Shown one piece after another: positions 10,701-18,047 of a stretch of DNA of 64,000 bases. The notes below the pieces were generated by a model. It was not told the origin of the DNA and searched no databases. It saw only the letters and a program-made list of their open reading frames with translations. The DNA comes from Pseudomonadota bacterium. Its GTDB lineage: Bacteria > Bdellovibrionota_C > UBA2361 > OMII01. The stretch lies in contig JAYPVM010000002.1 of assembly GCA_038134595.1 (NCBI GenBank), positions 168,565-232,564 on the forward strand, written 5' to 3'. Position 1 is the stretch's first letter, and each line of letters starts with the position of its first letter. A program made the position numbers and the translations under genes.

Positions 10701-11540
10701 AAAAATCTCGTTGACGCTGCGCTTGCCAAAAAGATGTCGGCCGATGGCCAGGCGTGGGAGAGCGTGACCAAAGTCTGCGCGCCTAGTGCTCATGAGCAAT
10801 TTCAGCAACTACTTAGCTACAGCGTCACCGAGCAGTCTCTGACACATGCAGTTGCCGCATGGCTTTGGAGTAATCAAGATGATGAAGTGTTATTAAACGA
10901 TTGGCGTGCTTTGGTTAATAGGGCGGTCCGTTATCGGTCACGTGACGCAGAGGGTGGATCTTTCGTAGCGAACAGCCATCAGCCGGGATTATCGCAGGGT
11001 GAAATCGCTTTGATGCGATTACTGCGCGGTCTTACAGCAAAAGAGTTTGTCGCTATTGGCGAGGCGCTCGAAAAGGCTCTTGAGTCGAGAAACAATGCGA
11101 GGAATGTTTCGCAAAGGGGTCTATCTGAGTCTGTTTGGTGTCCTAAATCTGAAGATCTGCGAACATCAGTTGATACTCGCGTTAAACTGTTAGCGTCGAA
11201 GTTAAGCGACAACTACCGGATCTCGGATGAAGCGCTTCGAGAATTATTACCAGAGATGGGTAATGCGCTCGGTTACTTGCAAGGTTCTCTGGGTCCAGAA
11301 GTAGCGTGGTATATTGCGTCATTGTCATTTTACAGTGATTTATCGGGGGCTCTTACGGTAATGACTGACCGTATTAGGAGTGGTATGCTTCCGAAACATC
11401 TGGGCAGGAAGCATTATGATCTGCACAGAAAGTGGGCTCAGGAACGCGGGTCTCTCGGTGCGTTGAGTGCGCAGAGCATGGGGTTATATTTTGGATATCC
11501 CTACAGACCGCCAAAAAATGTAGAAAAGAAAGCAAGATAA
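7785..11540 (+). CDS. Large orphan protein, predicted all-helical, with multiple degenerate XRE/HTH-like units and a ~375-aa internal duplication
   Basis: Long open frame (1264 aa from TTG 7746; ATG 7785 preferred); no TM or signal; HTH-like segments such as VGQLINNLLFQNGIAKLEGQLNTSQRLLRSIGAGEEVPSLNRIRDFAEKGG; duplicated blocks visible by eye. The CDS itself is secure, the function is inferred. Confidence 0.7.
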   Translation: MNQVVSNGIRDISAGPSSFGGGELPGELRLIGSDEFAGTERTRVALNSGLNRAWSQDNPVSWILARVRCGVLQLPPREYTTKMEDLSHSTLSHLENHRDFASARYNPETIHRVIRGWERLAGTKQYRHVKPEIDQAISELLHCLTLEQKTPLFQLLMRWRYRVGPHAFDTGTGLNYKQLWARGNTGVVSPFREILDHGRRLSLIPSKGTLVELNGNPFFQEARDAWTQDSLRLGRKPPLIDLHVFMDCGGLEFDAHSLRSRGVVIQTRTVEAIRNFRMCPWNKVKRLCMFLCEKGVVSDEDVSKLKSSWQDHWSSRKASFEDKLWRKLQESSLDTRRIAEVMGIGTDDVYKPSLPVFRAIKYGEGSKWIASGTLAHILVANNRERESLLNQKRDELAYARTVRGSGIDSPVAIERELWALKYEDLPYDKRAIQELEWGRASELDEYQVVNAVREEGERRAMQAVESLESRKEAHTVGQLINNLLFQNGIAKLEGQLNTSQRLLRSIGAGEEVPSLNRIRDFAEKGGFEVSERLEQDWRSVNARMGAVLASSPIERVLIAHMREEFDSRRQLFARTKAKPRMHRLVFGLYDSATILPGDVASFLRAYGIEARDERAYFLKHVIKSSSMVCGVAKWLETTNHEAARRLVQLSNTDDGSDKQGKEMALCYQEVLRVLPGVTLEELRAALNSKQDSILLLYRDTIKKLFASGLTETELLYAAIGGTNRDRVPLEMIAQGLKRRQPMPVLPLGVVVSLAHSDSGDREEALAEARTVVRGVLELEGSPMSELCVEKRLWGIRLADLVGGQKLLQSAVWSDSQKESVALRAQITTLQADMVKRACDRLSYIQSARHSAEFVEIASQLMPAGVRDVIRRARLSFRQPDLIREGDFQVSLDQYQILGRLAGFKEESLLEWYWSLESAESVARLEGTALRRMIFSHVLAQHEATGADRAKSSRDKVAWRDFSKRCGLTPTKLKNLVDAALAKKMSADGQAWESVTKVCAPSAHEQFQQLLSYSVTEQSLTHAVAAWLWSNQDDEVLLNDWRALVNRAVRYRSRDAEGGSFVANSHQPGLSQGEIALMRLLRGLTAKEFVAIGEALEKALESRNNARNVSQRGLSESVWCPKSEDLRTSVDTRVKLLASKLSDNYRISDEALRELLPEMGNALGYLQGSLGPEVAWYIASLSFYSDLSGALTVMTDRIRSGMLPKHLGRKHYDLHRKWAQERGSLGALSAQSMGLYFGYPYRPPKNVEKKAR

Positions 11541-11687
11541 ATTATTTTGTTTTGAAGCGGCTCCTACCTCGTTTAATTGAAGTTCCGGAGTTGGCGTGCG
11601 AGTTTTCGTAGGGAACTAGCCCTATCTTGCTCGATCTAGATGAGGAACGGGATGGCTATCGGCGTCGAGTATAGGTGCGAAAAAGAT

Positions 11688-12938
11688 ATGAAGAAACCCA
11701 AGGCTTCAGGATTATGCATAGCGGGAATGGAATTATGGATATGGGTTGCCGTGCTGGTGGCAGGTTTGGGATACTTTGTCGATGTAGTTGATCTTTGGCT
11801 ATTTTCGAACTTTAGAGTGGCAAGTCTTAAAGATTTGGGTCTGGCTAAGCCAGAAATTATGACGACAGGGGCGTTTCTACTGAACTGTCAACAATTTGGA
11901 CTCCTTTTGGGAGGGCTCTTATGGGGAGTGCTAGGGGATCGGCGGGGCCGAACAAGCGTGATGTTTGGCTCAATCTTTCTTTACTCGTTAGGAAATATTC
12001 TAAATGCTTTTGTAACGAACGTGCCGCAATATGCTGCTCTTCGCTTTTTGACGGGTTTGGGTCTTGCCGGTGAAATAGGTGCAGGTATTACGCTTGTTTG
12101 TGAGATCCTTCCCAAGGAGAAGAGGGGAATAGGAACTACGTTTGTTACAGGACTTGGAGTTGGTGGGGCTGTTGTGGCTTCCCTCATGGGGCAGTACTTA
12201 GAGTGGCGAACCGCTTTTTTTCTGGGGGGCTTAATGGGGTTTGCGCTTCTCTTTCTCCGAGTCTTTACCCATGATAGCTCGATGTTTCAAGCTATGAGTC
12301 ACGAATCGAGTGTGAGTCGTGGTTCCTTGCGACTTCTGTTTGGTCGGCGAGATTCGTTAGTTCGTTTTCTGGGCTGTGTTGCTGCGGGAACACCCATCTA
12401 TTTAACATTTGCAATTTTTGCTTCATTCTCACCCGAGATAGCACCAGCTCTGGGTGTGAAAGAGCCACTTGAAGTAGCAGATGTTTTGTTGTCAGCGTCG
12501 ATTGGTCTGACGGTTGGTGATGTATTTGCCGGTTTTTTGAGTCAGCTGATGCGGGCCCGTAAGCGTCCTCTCCTGATTCTTATTTCTTTGACGTGTCTGA
12601 CTGCGTGTTTGATGGTAGGCGGGGCTTTTCCGAGTAGGGGCGGGTTTATTGTTTTGGTTGGGTTCCTTGGATTATTTTCGGGCTACTGGGCTTGTTTGGT
12701 GACTACGGCTTCGGAGCAGTTTGGTACGAATATTCGTGCGACAGTGACTACAATGGTTCCCAATTTAATACGGGCTACAGCTATTATCATGACGAGCACG
12801 TTTGTATTTCTGGATGGATATATGAGTGTCAAAGGAGCGGTCTCGGTCTTGGTATGTGTCGTGTTTACTCTGGCGCTTGTTGGAGTGACACGTTTAAAGG
12901 AGACGTTTTCTGATGATTTAAATTTTTATGAGAGCTAA
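11688..12938 (+). CDS. MFS transporter
   Basis: 12 TM segments; motif A GVLGDRRGR, RFLTGLGLAGE, EQFGTNIRAT; start uncertain (11640/11688/11727). Confidence 0.92.
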   Translation: MKKPKASGLCIAGMELWIWVAVLVAGLGYFVDVVDLWLFSNFRVASLKDLGLAKPEIMTTGAFLLNCQQFGLLLGGLLWGVLGDRRGRTSVMFGSIFLYSLGNILNAFVTNVPQYAALRFLTGLGLAGEIGAGITLVCEILPKEKRGIGTTFVTGLGVGGAVVASLMGQYLEWRTAFFLGGLMGFALLFLRVFTHDSSMFQAMSHESSVSRGSLRLLFGRRDSLVRFLGCVAAGTPIYLTFAIFASFSPEIAPALGVKEPLEVADVLLSASIGLTVGDVFAGFLSQLMRARKRPLLILISLTCLTACLMVGGAFPSRGGFIVLVGFLGLFSGYWACLVTTASEQFGTNIRATVTTMVPNLIRATAIIMTSTFVFLDGYMSVKGAVSVLVCVVFTLALVGVTRLKETFSDDLNFYES

Positions 12939-12995
12939 GATTTTTTTCGCCACCGTTTTCACAGCTGGTGATTGATTTCTACTGGCGGTTATTTA

Positions 12996-14357
12996 CTACC
13001 TTCGCCCGAAGAGGCCGCCTAGTCCCGAATTGCCCATCAGGCCAGAGAGCGCTCCGGGGCCTAGCTTCATCATCTGCTTCATCATCTTGCGCATCTCAAC
13101 AAATTGCTTTACGAGACGATTTACATCCTCAACACGTGTGCCTGAGCCTTGCGCAATTCGCTTTCTACGACTTCCATTTAATAATTCATGGTTTCGACGT
13201 TCTTCACGTGTCATAGATAGGATAATTGCTTCTAGCTTTTTAAATTCTCGCTCTTGTTTTTCTGGATCTACTTGTTTCGCCAGTTTGTTGAGTCCAGGAA
13301 TCATGGAGGTAAGAGAAGAGATGCTTCCCATTTTCTGAATCATCTTCATCTGGCTTAGAAAATCCTCGAATGAAAATTGCCCTTTTTTGAATTTCTTTTC
13401 GAGATCCTCGGAGTCTTCGACGGTTACCTGTTCGCTTGCTCTCTCAATTAGTGTGAGCACGTCGCCCATACCGAGAATTCGGGAGGCCATCCGCTCGGGG
13501 TGAAAGGGCTCGAGGGCATCTGATTTCTCTCCAGTACCGATAAATTTGATGGGTTTGCCAGTAACCGCTCTCATGGAGAGTGCCGCGCCACCTCGAGCAT
13601 CACCATCTAGTTTGGTGAGGATTAGACCGGTAAGTTCTAGTTTTTGGTCGAATCCTTGAGCTACATTTACTGCTTCTTGTCCGGTCATTGCGTCGGCTAC
13701 GAGTAGCGTTTCGGTTGGACCTGTAGCACTGGCGATCTCTTGAAGCTCATTCATTAGATCTGTATCTATTTGAAGTCGGCCGGCTGTATCGAGTATCACC
13801 ACGTCATGCATAGCTCTTCGAGCTTGCTCACGTGCCCGGATAGCAATGTCGAGTGGCTTGTCTGTCGTCTTACTATCAAAGACGGGAATAGAGAGTTGTT
13901 GGCCTAGGGTCTTTAACTGCTCAATAGCGGCCGGACGATATACATCGGCCGGTACCAGTAGGGGATTTCTCTTGTACTTTTCTTTCAAAAGCCGAGCGAG
14001 TTTAGAGGCTGAGGTAGTCTTGCCGGATCCTTGCAAGCCGACGAGCATGATGACGACAGGGGGAGCTGATTTCAGGTCAAGCTCGGCAGTATCTCCGCCC
14101 ATCATGGTGGTGAGCTCCTGGTTTACGATCTTGATAATCTGTTGATCGGGGGAGAGGCTTTTTAAGATGTTTTCCCCGACGGCCAAGCTTGTTACTTTAG
14201 AGCAGAACTCCTTGGCAACACGAAAGTTAACATCTGCTTCAAGCAAAGCGTTTCGCACCTCTTTCATGGTGGCTTCAACATCGGCGGGTTTTAGTGCTCC
14301 GCGGCCTCGAATTTTTTTAAAAGCGCCATCTAGCTTAGTGTGTAAAAAATCAAACAT
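12996..14357 (-). CDS. ffh: Signal recognition particle protein
   Basis: ALLEADVN, GLQGSGKTT, DTAGRLQ, TKLDGDARGGAALS, Met-rich M domain with RRKRIAQGSG. Confidence 0.98.
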   Translation of the reverse strand: MFDFLHTKLDGAFKKIRGRGALKPADVEATMKEVRNALLEADVNFRVAKEFCSKVTSLAVGENILKSLSPDQQIIKIVNQELTTMMGGDTAELDLKSAPPVVIMLVGLQGSGKTTSASKLARLLKEKYKRNPLLVPADVYRPAAIEQLKTLGQQLSIPVFDSKTTDKPLDIAIRAREQARRAMHDVVILDTAGRLQIDTDLMNELQEIASATGPTETLLVADAMTGQEAVNVAQGFDQKLELTGLILTKLDGDARGGAALSMRAVTGKPIKFIGTGEKSDALEPFHPERMASRILGMGDVLTLIERASEQVTVEDSEDLEKKFKKGQFSFEDFLSQMKMIQKMGSISSLTSMIPGLNKLAKQVDPEKQEREFKKLEAIILSMTREERRNHELLNGSRRKRIAQGSGTRVEDVNRLVKQFVEMRKMMKQMMKLGPGALSGLMGNSGLGGLFGRR

Positions 14358-14500
14358 GTGTATGTGCCCTTTAGTTGTTGGCCCTATGTATCTCTCGACA
14401 GGTGGTGTTTTTTATCTACTTGGTAGCAGTTGCCAATAGGGTAACCTTTCAGTGGTTGGTTGTACAGATTGCGTCGGTTTTGTTGGTATGTCAGGAGGTT

Positions 14501-15058
14501 TTATCGTGAAAATTGACTGCGATACTCACGTGAAAGCACAACATAATTGTCTGCAGAGGTGGCTAGAGACGAGATTTCGGCGGGAGTTAGAGTGCGTATG
14601 ATCTTGGCAGGAGTTCCCATGACAAGGCTTCGAGGGGCGATGACGGTTCCTTTGGTGACGAGAGAATGGGCTCCGATGATGCATTGCTCACCAATTATTG
14701 CATTGTCCAAAATTGTTGCACCCATTCCAATGAGGGTATTTGACCCTACCCGACAGCCATGCAGGATGCTTCTGTGACCGATGGTGACGCTATCTCCGAT
14801 CTCTAGCGAATTCATGTCATGTGAAGTGTGTAGTAAGGCATGCTCCTGGATGTTTGTTCGTTTACCTATTCGGATTGGTTGTATATCGCCTCGGATGACA
14901 GCTCCAAAGAAGCAGGAGCTGTCGGCTCCTATGTGCACGTCGCCAATTATCCAGGCATTTGGTGCAACAAAGGCAGTGGCATCTACAGTCGGTGCAATGC
15001 CATTAAATTCGACGATCCCCATAATCCTGTCTATCTCTAGCAGTGAGGTTTTATGCAC
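14501..15058 (-). CDS. Gamma-carbonic anhydrase family (YrdA/PaaY-like) hexapeptide-repeat protein
   Basis: IIGDVHIG, VIRGD, TNIQE, VTIGHRSILHGC, LVMGTPAK; alternative start ATG 15022. Confidence 0.92.
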   Translation of the reverse strand: MHKTSLLEIDRIMGIVEFNGIAPTVDATAFVAPNAWIIGDVHIGADSSCFFGAVIRGDIQPIRIGKRTNIQEHALLHTSHDMNSLEIGDSVTIGHRSILHGCRVGSNTLIGMGATILDNAIIGEQCIIGAHSLVTKGTVIAPRSLVMGTPAKIIRTLTPAEISSLATSADNYVVLSREYRSQFSR

Positions 15059-16067
15059 AAACCTTGTTTACAGCTTCGATTACCCGCTCTTTGCTTGGTA
15101 GTAAAACGACCTCTAAGGCTTTTGAGTAGGGGATAGGAGCTTCGAGAGTCGAGACGAGGCTTACTGGTGCGTCGAGCTCATCAAATATCTCTGTAGATAT
15201 AAGATGGCTTAAGTATGCTCCGTAGCTTGCCACCTCGTGTTGCTCCTGGAGCACGACACAACGATTTGTCTTGGCAACAGAATTAAATAGGGTTTCCTTA
15301 TCGAGTGGACGAAGCGTTCGCAGGTCAACAACTTCTGCCGATATGCCTTGCTGAGCTAGATCTTCAGCAGCATCAAGCGCCAGAAATAGATTTTTAGACC
15401 ACGTTACGATGGTAACATCACTACCTTCCTTCTTAATGTCGGCTTTGCCGATTGGAACCAGGTACTCCTCTTCAGGTACTGGTCCTCGCTTGCCGTAGGT
15501 GAGCTCTGATTCCATGAAAACCACGGGGTTGTCATCCCTGATTGAGCTCTTTAAAAGACCTTTCATATCATAAGGAGTCGCTGGTGCCACAACAATCAGG
15601 CCCGGAGTGTATGCATAGAAGCTTTCAAATGAGTTTGCGTGTTGAGCTGCAAGTTGCGATGCGGCACCACCAGCACCGCGGAAGACGATAGGACAAGAGA
15701 GTTGACCAGCTGACATAAGGCGACCTTTAGCTGCCGAGTTGAGAATTTGGTCTATCGCTACGAGCGAGAAATTAAATGTCATAAACTCGACTATTGGCCT
15801 TAGCCCTGCCATGGCAGCTCCGACCCCAATAGCGGCGAAGCCGTTTTCAGCAATTGGCGCATCAATGACTCTCTTTGGGCCGAATTGGTCAAGCATACCT
15901 TTGGAGCATTTGTATGCGCCGTTGTATGAGCCGACCTCCTCTCCTACGAGGAAGACTCTTTCGTCTCGGATCATCTCCTCTGACATGGCTTCTTTTAGGG
16001 CATCTCGTATTTGAATCTCTCTCATAGCGGACTCGGCTTCAGGTGTTTTGTGTATTGCATTAGACAT
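15051..16067 (-). CDS. pdhB: Pyruvate dehydrogenase E1 beta subunit
   Basis: GEEVGSYNGAYK, DAPIAENGF, RPIVEFMTFNFS, DLRTLRPLD; start at ATG 16067 (overlaps pdhA stop) or 16025. Confidence 0.95.
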   Translation of the reverse strand: MSNAIHKTPEAESAMREIQIRDALKEAMSEEMIRDERVFLVGEEVGSYNGAYKCSKGMLDQFGPKRVIDAPIAENGFAAIGVGAAMAGLRPIVEFMTFNFSLVAIDQILNSAAKGRLMSAGQLSCPIVFRGAGGAASQLAAQHANSFESFYAYTPGLIVVAPATPYDMKGLLKSSIRDDNPVVFMESELTYGKRGPVPEEEYLVPIGKADIKKEGSDVTIVTWSKNLFLALDAAEDLAQQGISAEVVDLRTLRPLDKETLFNSVAKTNRCVVLQEQHEVASYGAYLSHLISTEIFDELDAPVSLVSTLEAPIPYSKALEVVLLPSKERVIEAVNKVCA

Positions 16068-17007
16068 AAACGTAATCCATGGCAGTTTCAGGTGCTGGGT
16101 AAGGTGACGATTCGGCAAATTGTACGGCGCCCATTATCTCGTCTTCGATTGCTTGGTCTATCTCCTGGCGGGTTGCAGCCATTCCAAGACTTTCCATCTT
16201 TTCGCCGATAACTTTTATCGGGTCTCGAGCCTTCCATACATCAACATCTGCACTCGTTCGATATTTGGCTGGATCTGACATTGAGTGTCCTCGATATCGG
16301 TACGTTTTTGCCTCAATTAGGGTCGGTAGGTTTTGCTCACGTGCGCGTTTCGCAGCCGAATGGATAGCTGAGCGAACTGCAAAAACATCGTGACCATCGA
16401 CAGTTTCTCGCGCCATTGGGTAGGCGAGAGCTCGTATCGAAAGATCGTCACTCGACGAGGTCTTCTCTAGAGGCGTTCCCATCGCATATTGGTTGTTTTC
16501 GATAACAAAGATAACCGGTAAGTTCCACAAGGCCGAAAGGGATAGGCCTTCATGGAACGATCCTATATTGATCGCACCATCGCCTAAAAAGCAGATAGCA
16601 ATCCCGTCACCACCTTGGTATTTCTCTGCAAATGCCAATCCGGCGGCAACTGGCACCTGTGCGCCTACAATGCCCCATCCACCCATAAAGCGCTTTTCAA
16701 CGTCATAAAAATGCATAGAGCCGCCTCGGCCCTTTGCGCAGCCTGTTTCGCGACCGAGGAGTTCAGCCATGCCTGCTCGAGAACAGCCTCCGCGAGCCAA
16801 GTAGTGTCCGTGACACCGATAGGCGGTCATTACGTAATCATTGTCTTGAAGAACCGATAGAGCGCCCACTGCTACGGCTTCCTGTCCGATGTAGAGATGA
16901 AGAAAGCCTCCTATCTTACGCTCTGTATAAAGCCTAGCTGCTTCTTCTTCAAATCGCCTGATACGAAGCATTTTTGTGTACAGTTCGGCCAATAGTTCTT
17001 GTTCCAT
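16060..17007 (-). CDS. pdhA: Pyruvate dehydrogenase E1 alpha subunit
   Basis: IGGFLHLYIGQEA, KGRGGSMH, GDGA...ENNQYAMGT ThDP motif, TYRYRGHSMSDP. Confidence 0.96.
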   Translation of the reverse strand: MEQELLAELYTKMLRIRRFEEEAARLYTERKIGGFLHLYIGQEAVAVGALSVLQDNDYVMTAYRCHGHYLARGGCSRAGMAELLGRETGCAKGRGGSMHFYDVEKRFMGGWGIVGAQVPVAAGLAFAEKYQGGDGIAICFLGDGAINIGSFHEGLSLSALWNLPVIFVIENNQYAMGTPLEKTSSSDDLSIRALAYPMARETVDGHDVFAVRSAIHSAAKRAREQNLPTLIEAKTYRYRGHSMSDPAKYRTSADVDVWKARDPIKVIGEKMESLGMAATRQEIDQAIEDEIMGAVQFAESSPYPAPETAMDYVYV

Positions 17008-17041
17008 GGCTAGAATATCCTTAGCTGTTAAGAATGAGCAC

Positions 17042-17347
17042 TCAAACGACTTCCCCCAATTGATTAGAAGACTGGAACACTACGCTCTGTCTATCTACTA
17101 GCATCTCAGAAGGGTCTCTAATGGTTACCCATGTATTTTTTGGTCGGTACAATTTTTGGTCGGTACCTGGTCTAGAAAAGATGTTTCTATTCCACTGGAC
17201 CTTCGCGGATTTATACCAACGGTGGGTTAGGCTGTCTACCCTAGGATCCTGGTGTTGCCAGTAGTTTGCCCCAAGGAGCCTAACCAGCTGAAGTTTAGAC
17301 TTATTTTCTGTTGGTTTTACCCGCATACATATCCTGACTAGCGGCAT
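17042..17347 (-). CDS. Possible small hypothetical protein upstream of pdhA
   Basis: Open frame filling the pdhA/RuvC-like gap; no recognisable motif. Confidence 0.25.
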   Translation of the reverse strand: MPLVRICMRVKPTENKSKLQLVRLLGANYWQHQDPRVDSLTHRWYKSAKVQWNRNIFSRPGTDQKLYRPKNTWVTIRDPSEMLVDRQSVVFQSSNQLGEVV

Positions 17348-17373
17348 CACTTTTACAGGGGTATGCTTCTGCA

Positions 17374-18036
17374 ATGACGAGAGAGTTTCGACATCTACTT
17401 GCAATAGACCCAAGTTTAACCTGTTCCGGCTGGGCTCTGTTTTCTCTCCGGACCCAAATGCCGCTTGCTGCAGGAAAGGTCAAAAGCGATCCTCCCAGCA
17501 TGCTACTTGCTGAGCGGTTCAGGAGACTGCAGAGACGGATTGAGTCTCTTTTTGATACGCTTGGCCTTGGCAAGCAGGATATCTTGGTGTGTGAAGGCGC
17601 TACGTCAATGAAAGATCCGCACAATGCGATGAAAGTTGAGCATGTACGTTCTATCTTTGAAACGCTGGGGCGTAGTAGGGCTACGTGTGTGCCGGGTAGG
17701 ATAAATCCGCGGTCGGTGCAACACGAGATAATGGGATTATACGGCAAACAGATACCGCGTCAGGAGGTTAAGTTTGCGGCTGTGCAAACGGCTCTGGCTC
17801 TATTTGCAAAGGACCTTCAGAGGCTTGGTTTGATAAGCGAGGTGGACGGCGAGGATTTAGGACAGCACCAAGATGTTGTGGACGCCTTGCTAGTAGGGCA
17901 ATTCGCGATGACTCGAATTGAGGCTGCGCGCGACGGGAGTCTTCCTTTGGAGGAGGTCTTTCAGGAGTCAAACGTCCGCTCCCGGAACAGTTCGTGGCGG
18001 GCAATGGATGCGAACCGAATTAGTAAGGGATTGTAG
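17374..18036 (+). CDS. Divergent RuvC-family (RNase H-fold) Holliday junction resolvase-like nuclease
   Basis: LLAIDPSLTCSGWALF (Asp), LVCEG (Glu), NPRSVQHEIMG, HQDVVDALL (DxxD) match the RuvC catalytic layout. Confidence 0.75.
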   Translation: MTREFRHLLAIDPSLTCSGWALFSLRTQMPLAAGKVKSDPPSMLLAERFRRLQRRIESLFDTLGLGKQDILVCEGATSMKDPHNAMKVEHVRSIFETLGRSRATCVPGRINPRSVQHEIMGLYGKQIPRQEVKFAAVQTALALFAKDLQRLGLISEVDGEDLGQHQDVVDALLVGQFAMTRIEAARDGSLPLEEVFQESNVRSRNSSWRAMDANRISKGL

Positions 18037-18047
18037 ACGAAGAAGAT

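Noticed and set aside
7785..11540. Large basic orphan considered as a Cas9/Cas12/TnpB-like effector
   Set aside because: No RuvC, HNH or HEPN motif set recognised, and no adjacent array or cas1/cas2; HTH-like repeats fit better. A profile search would be needed to exclude this fully
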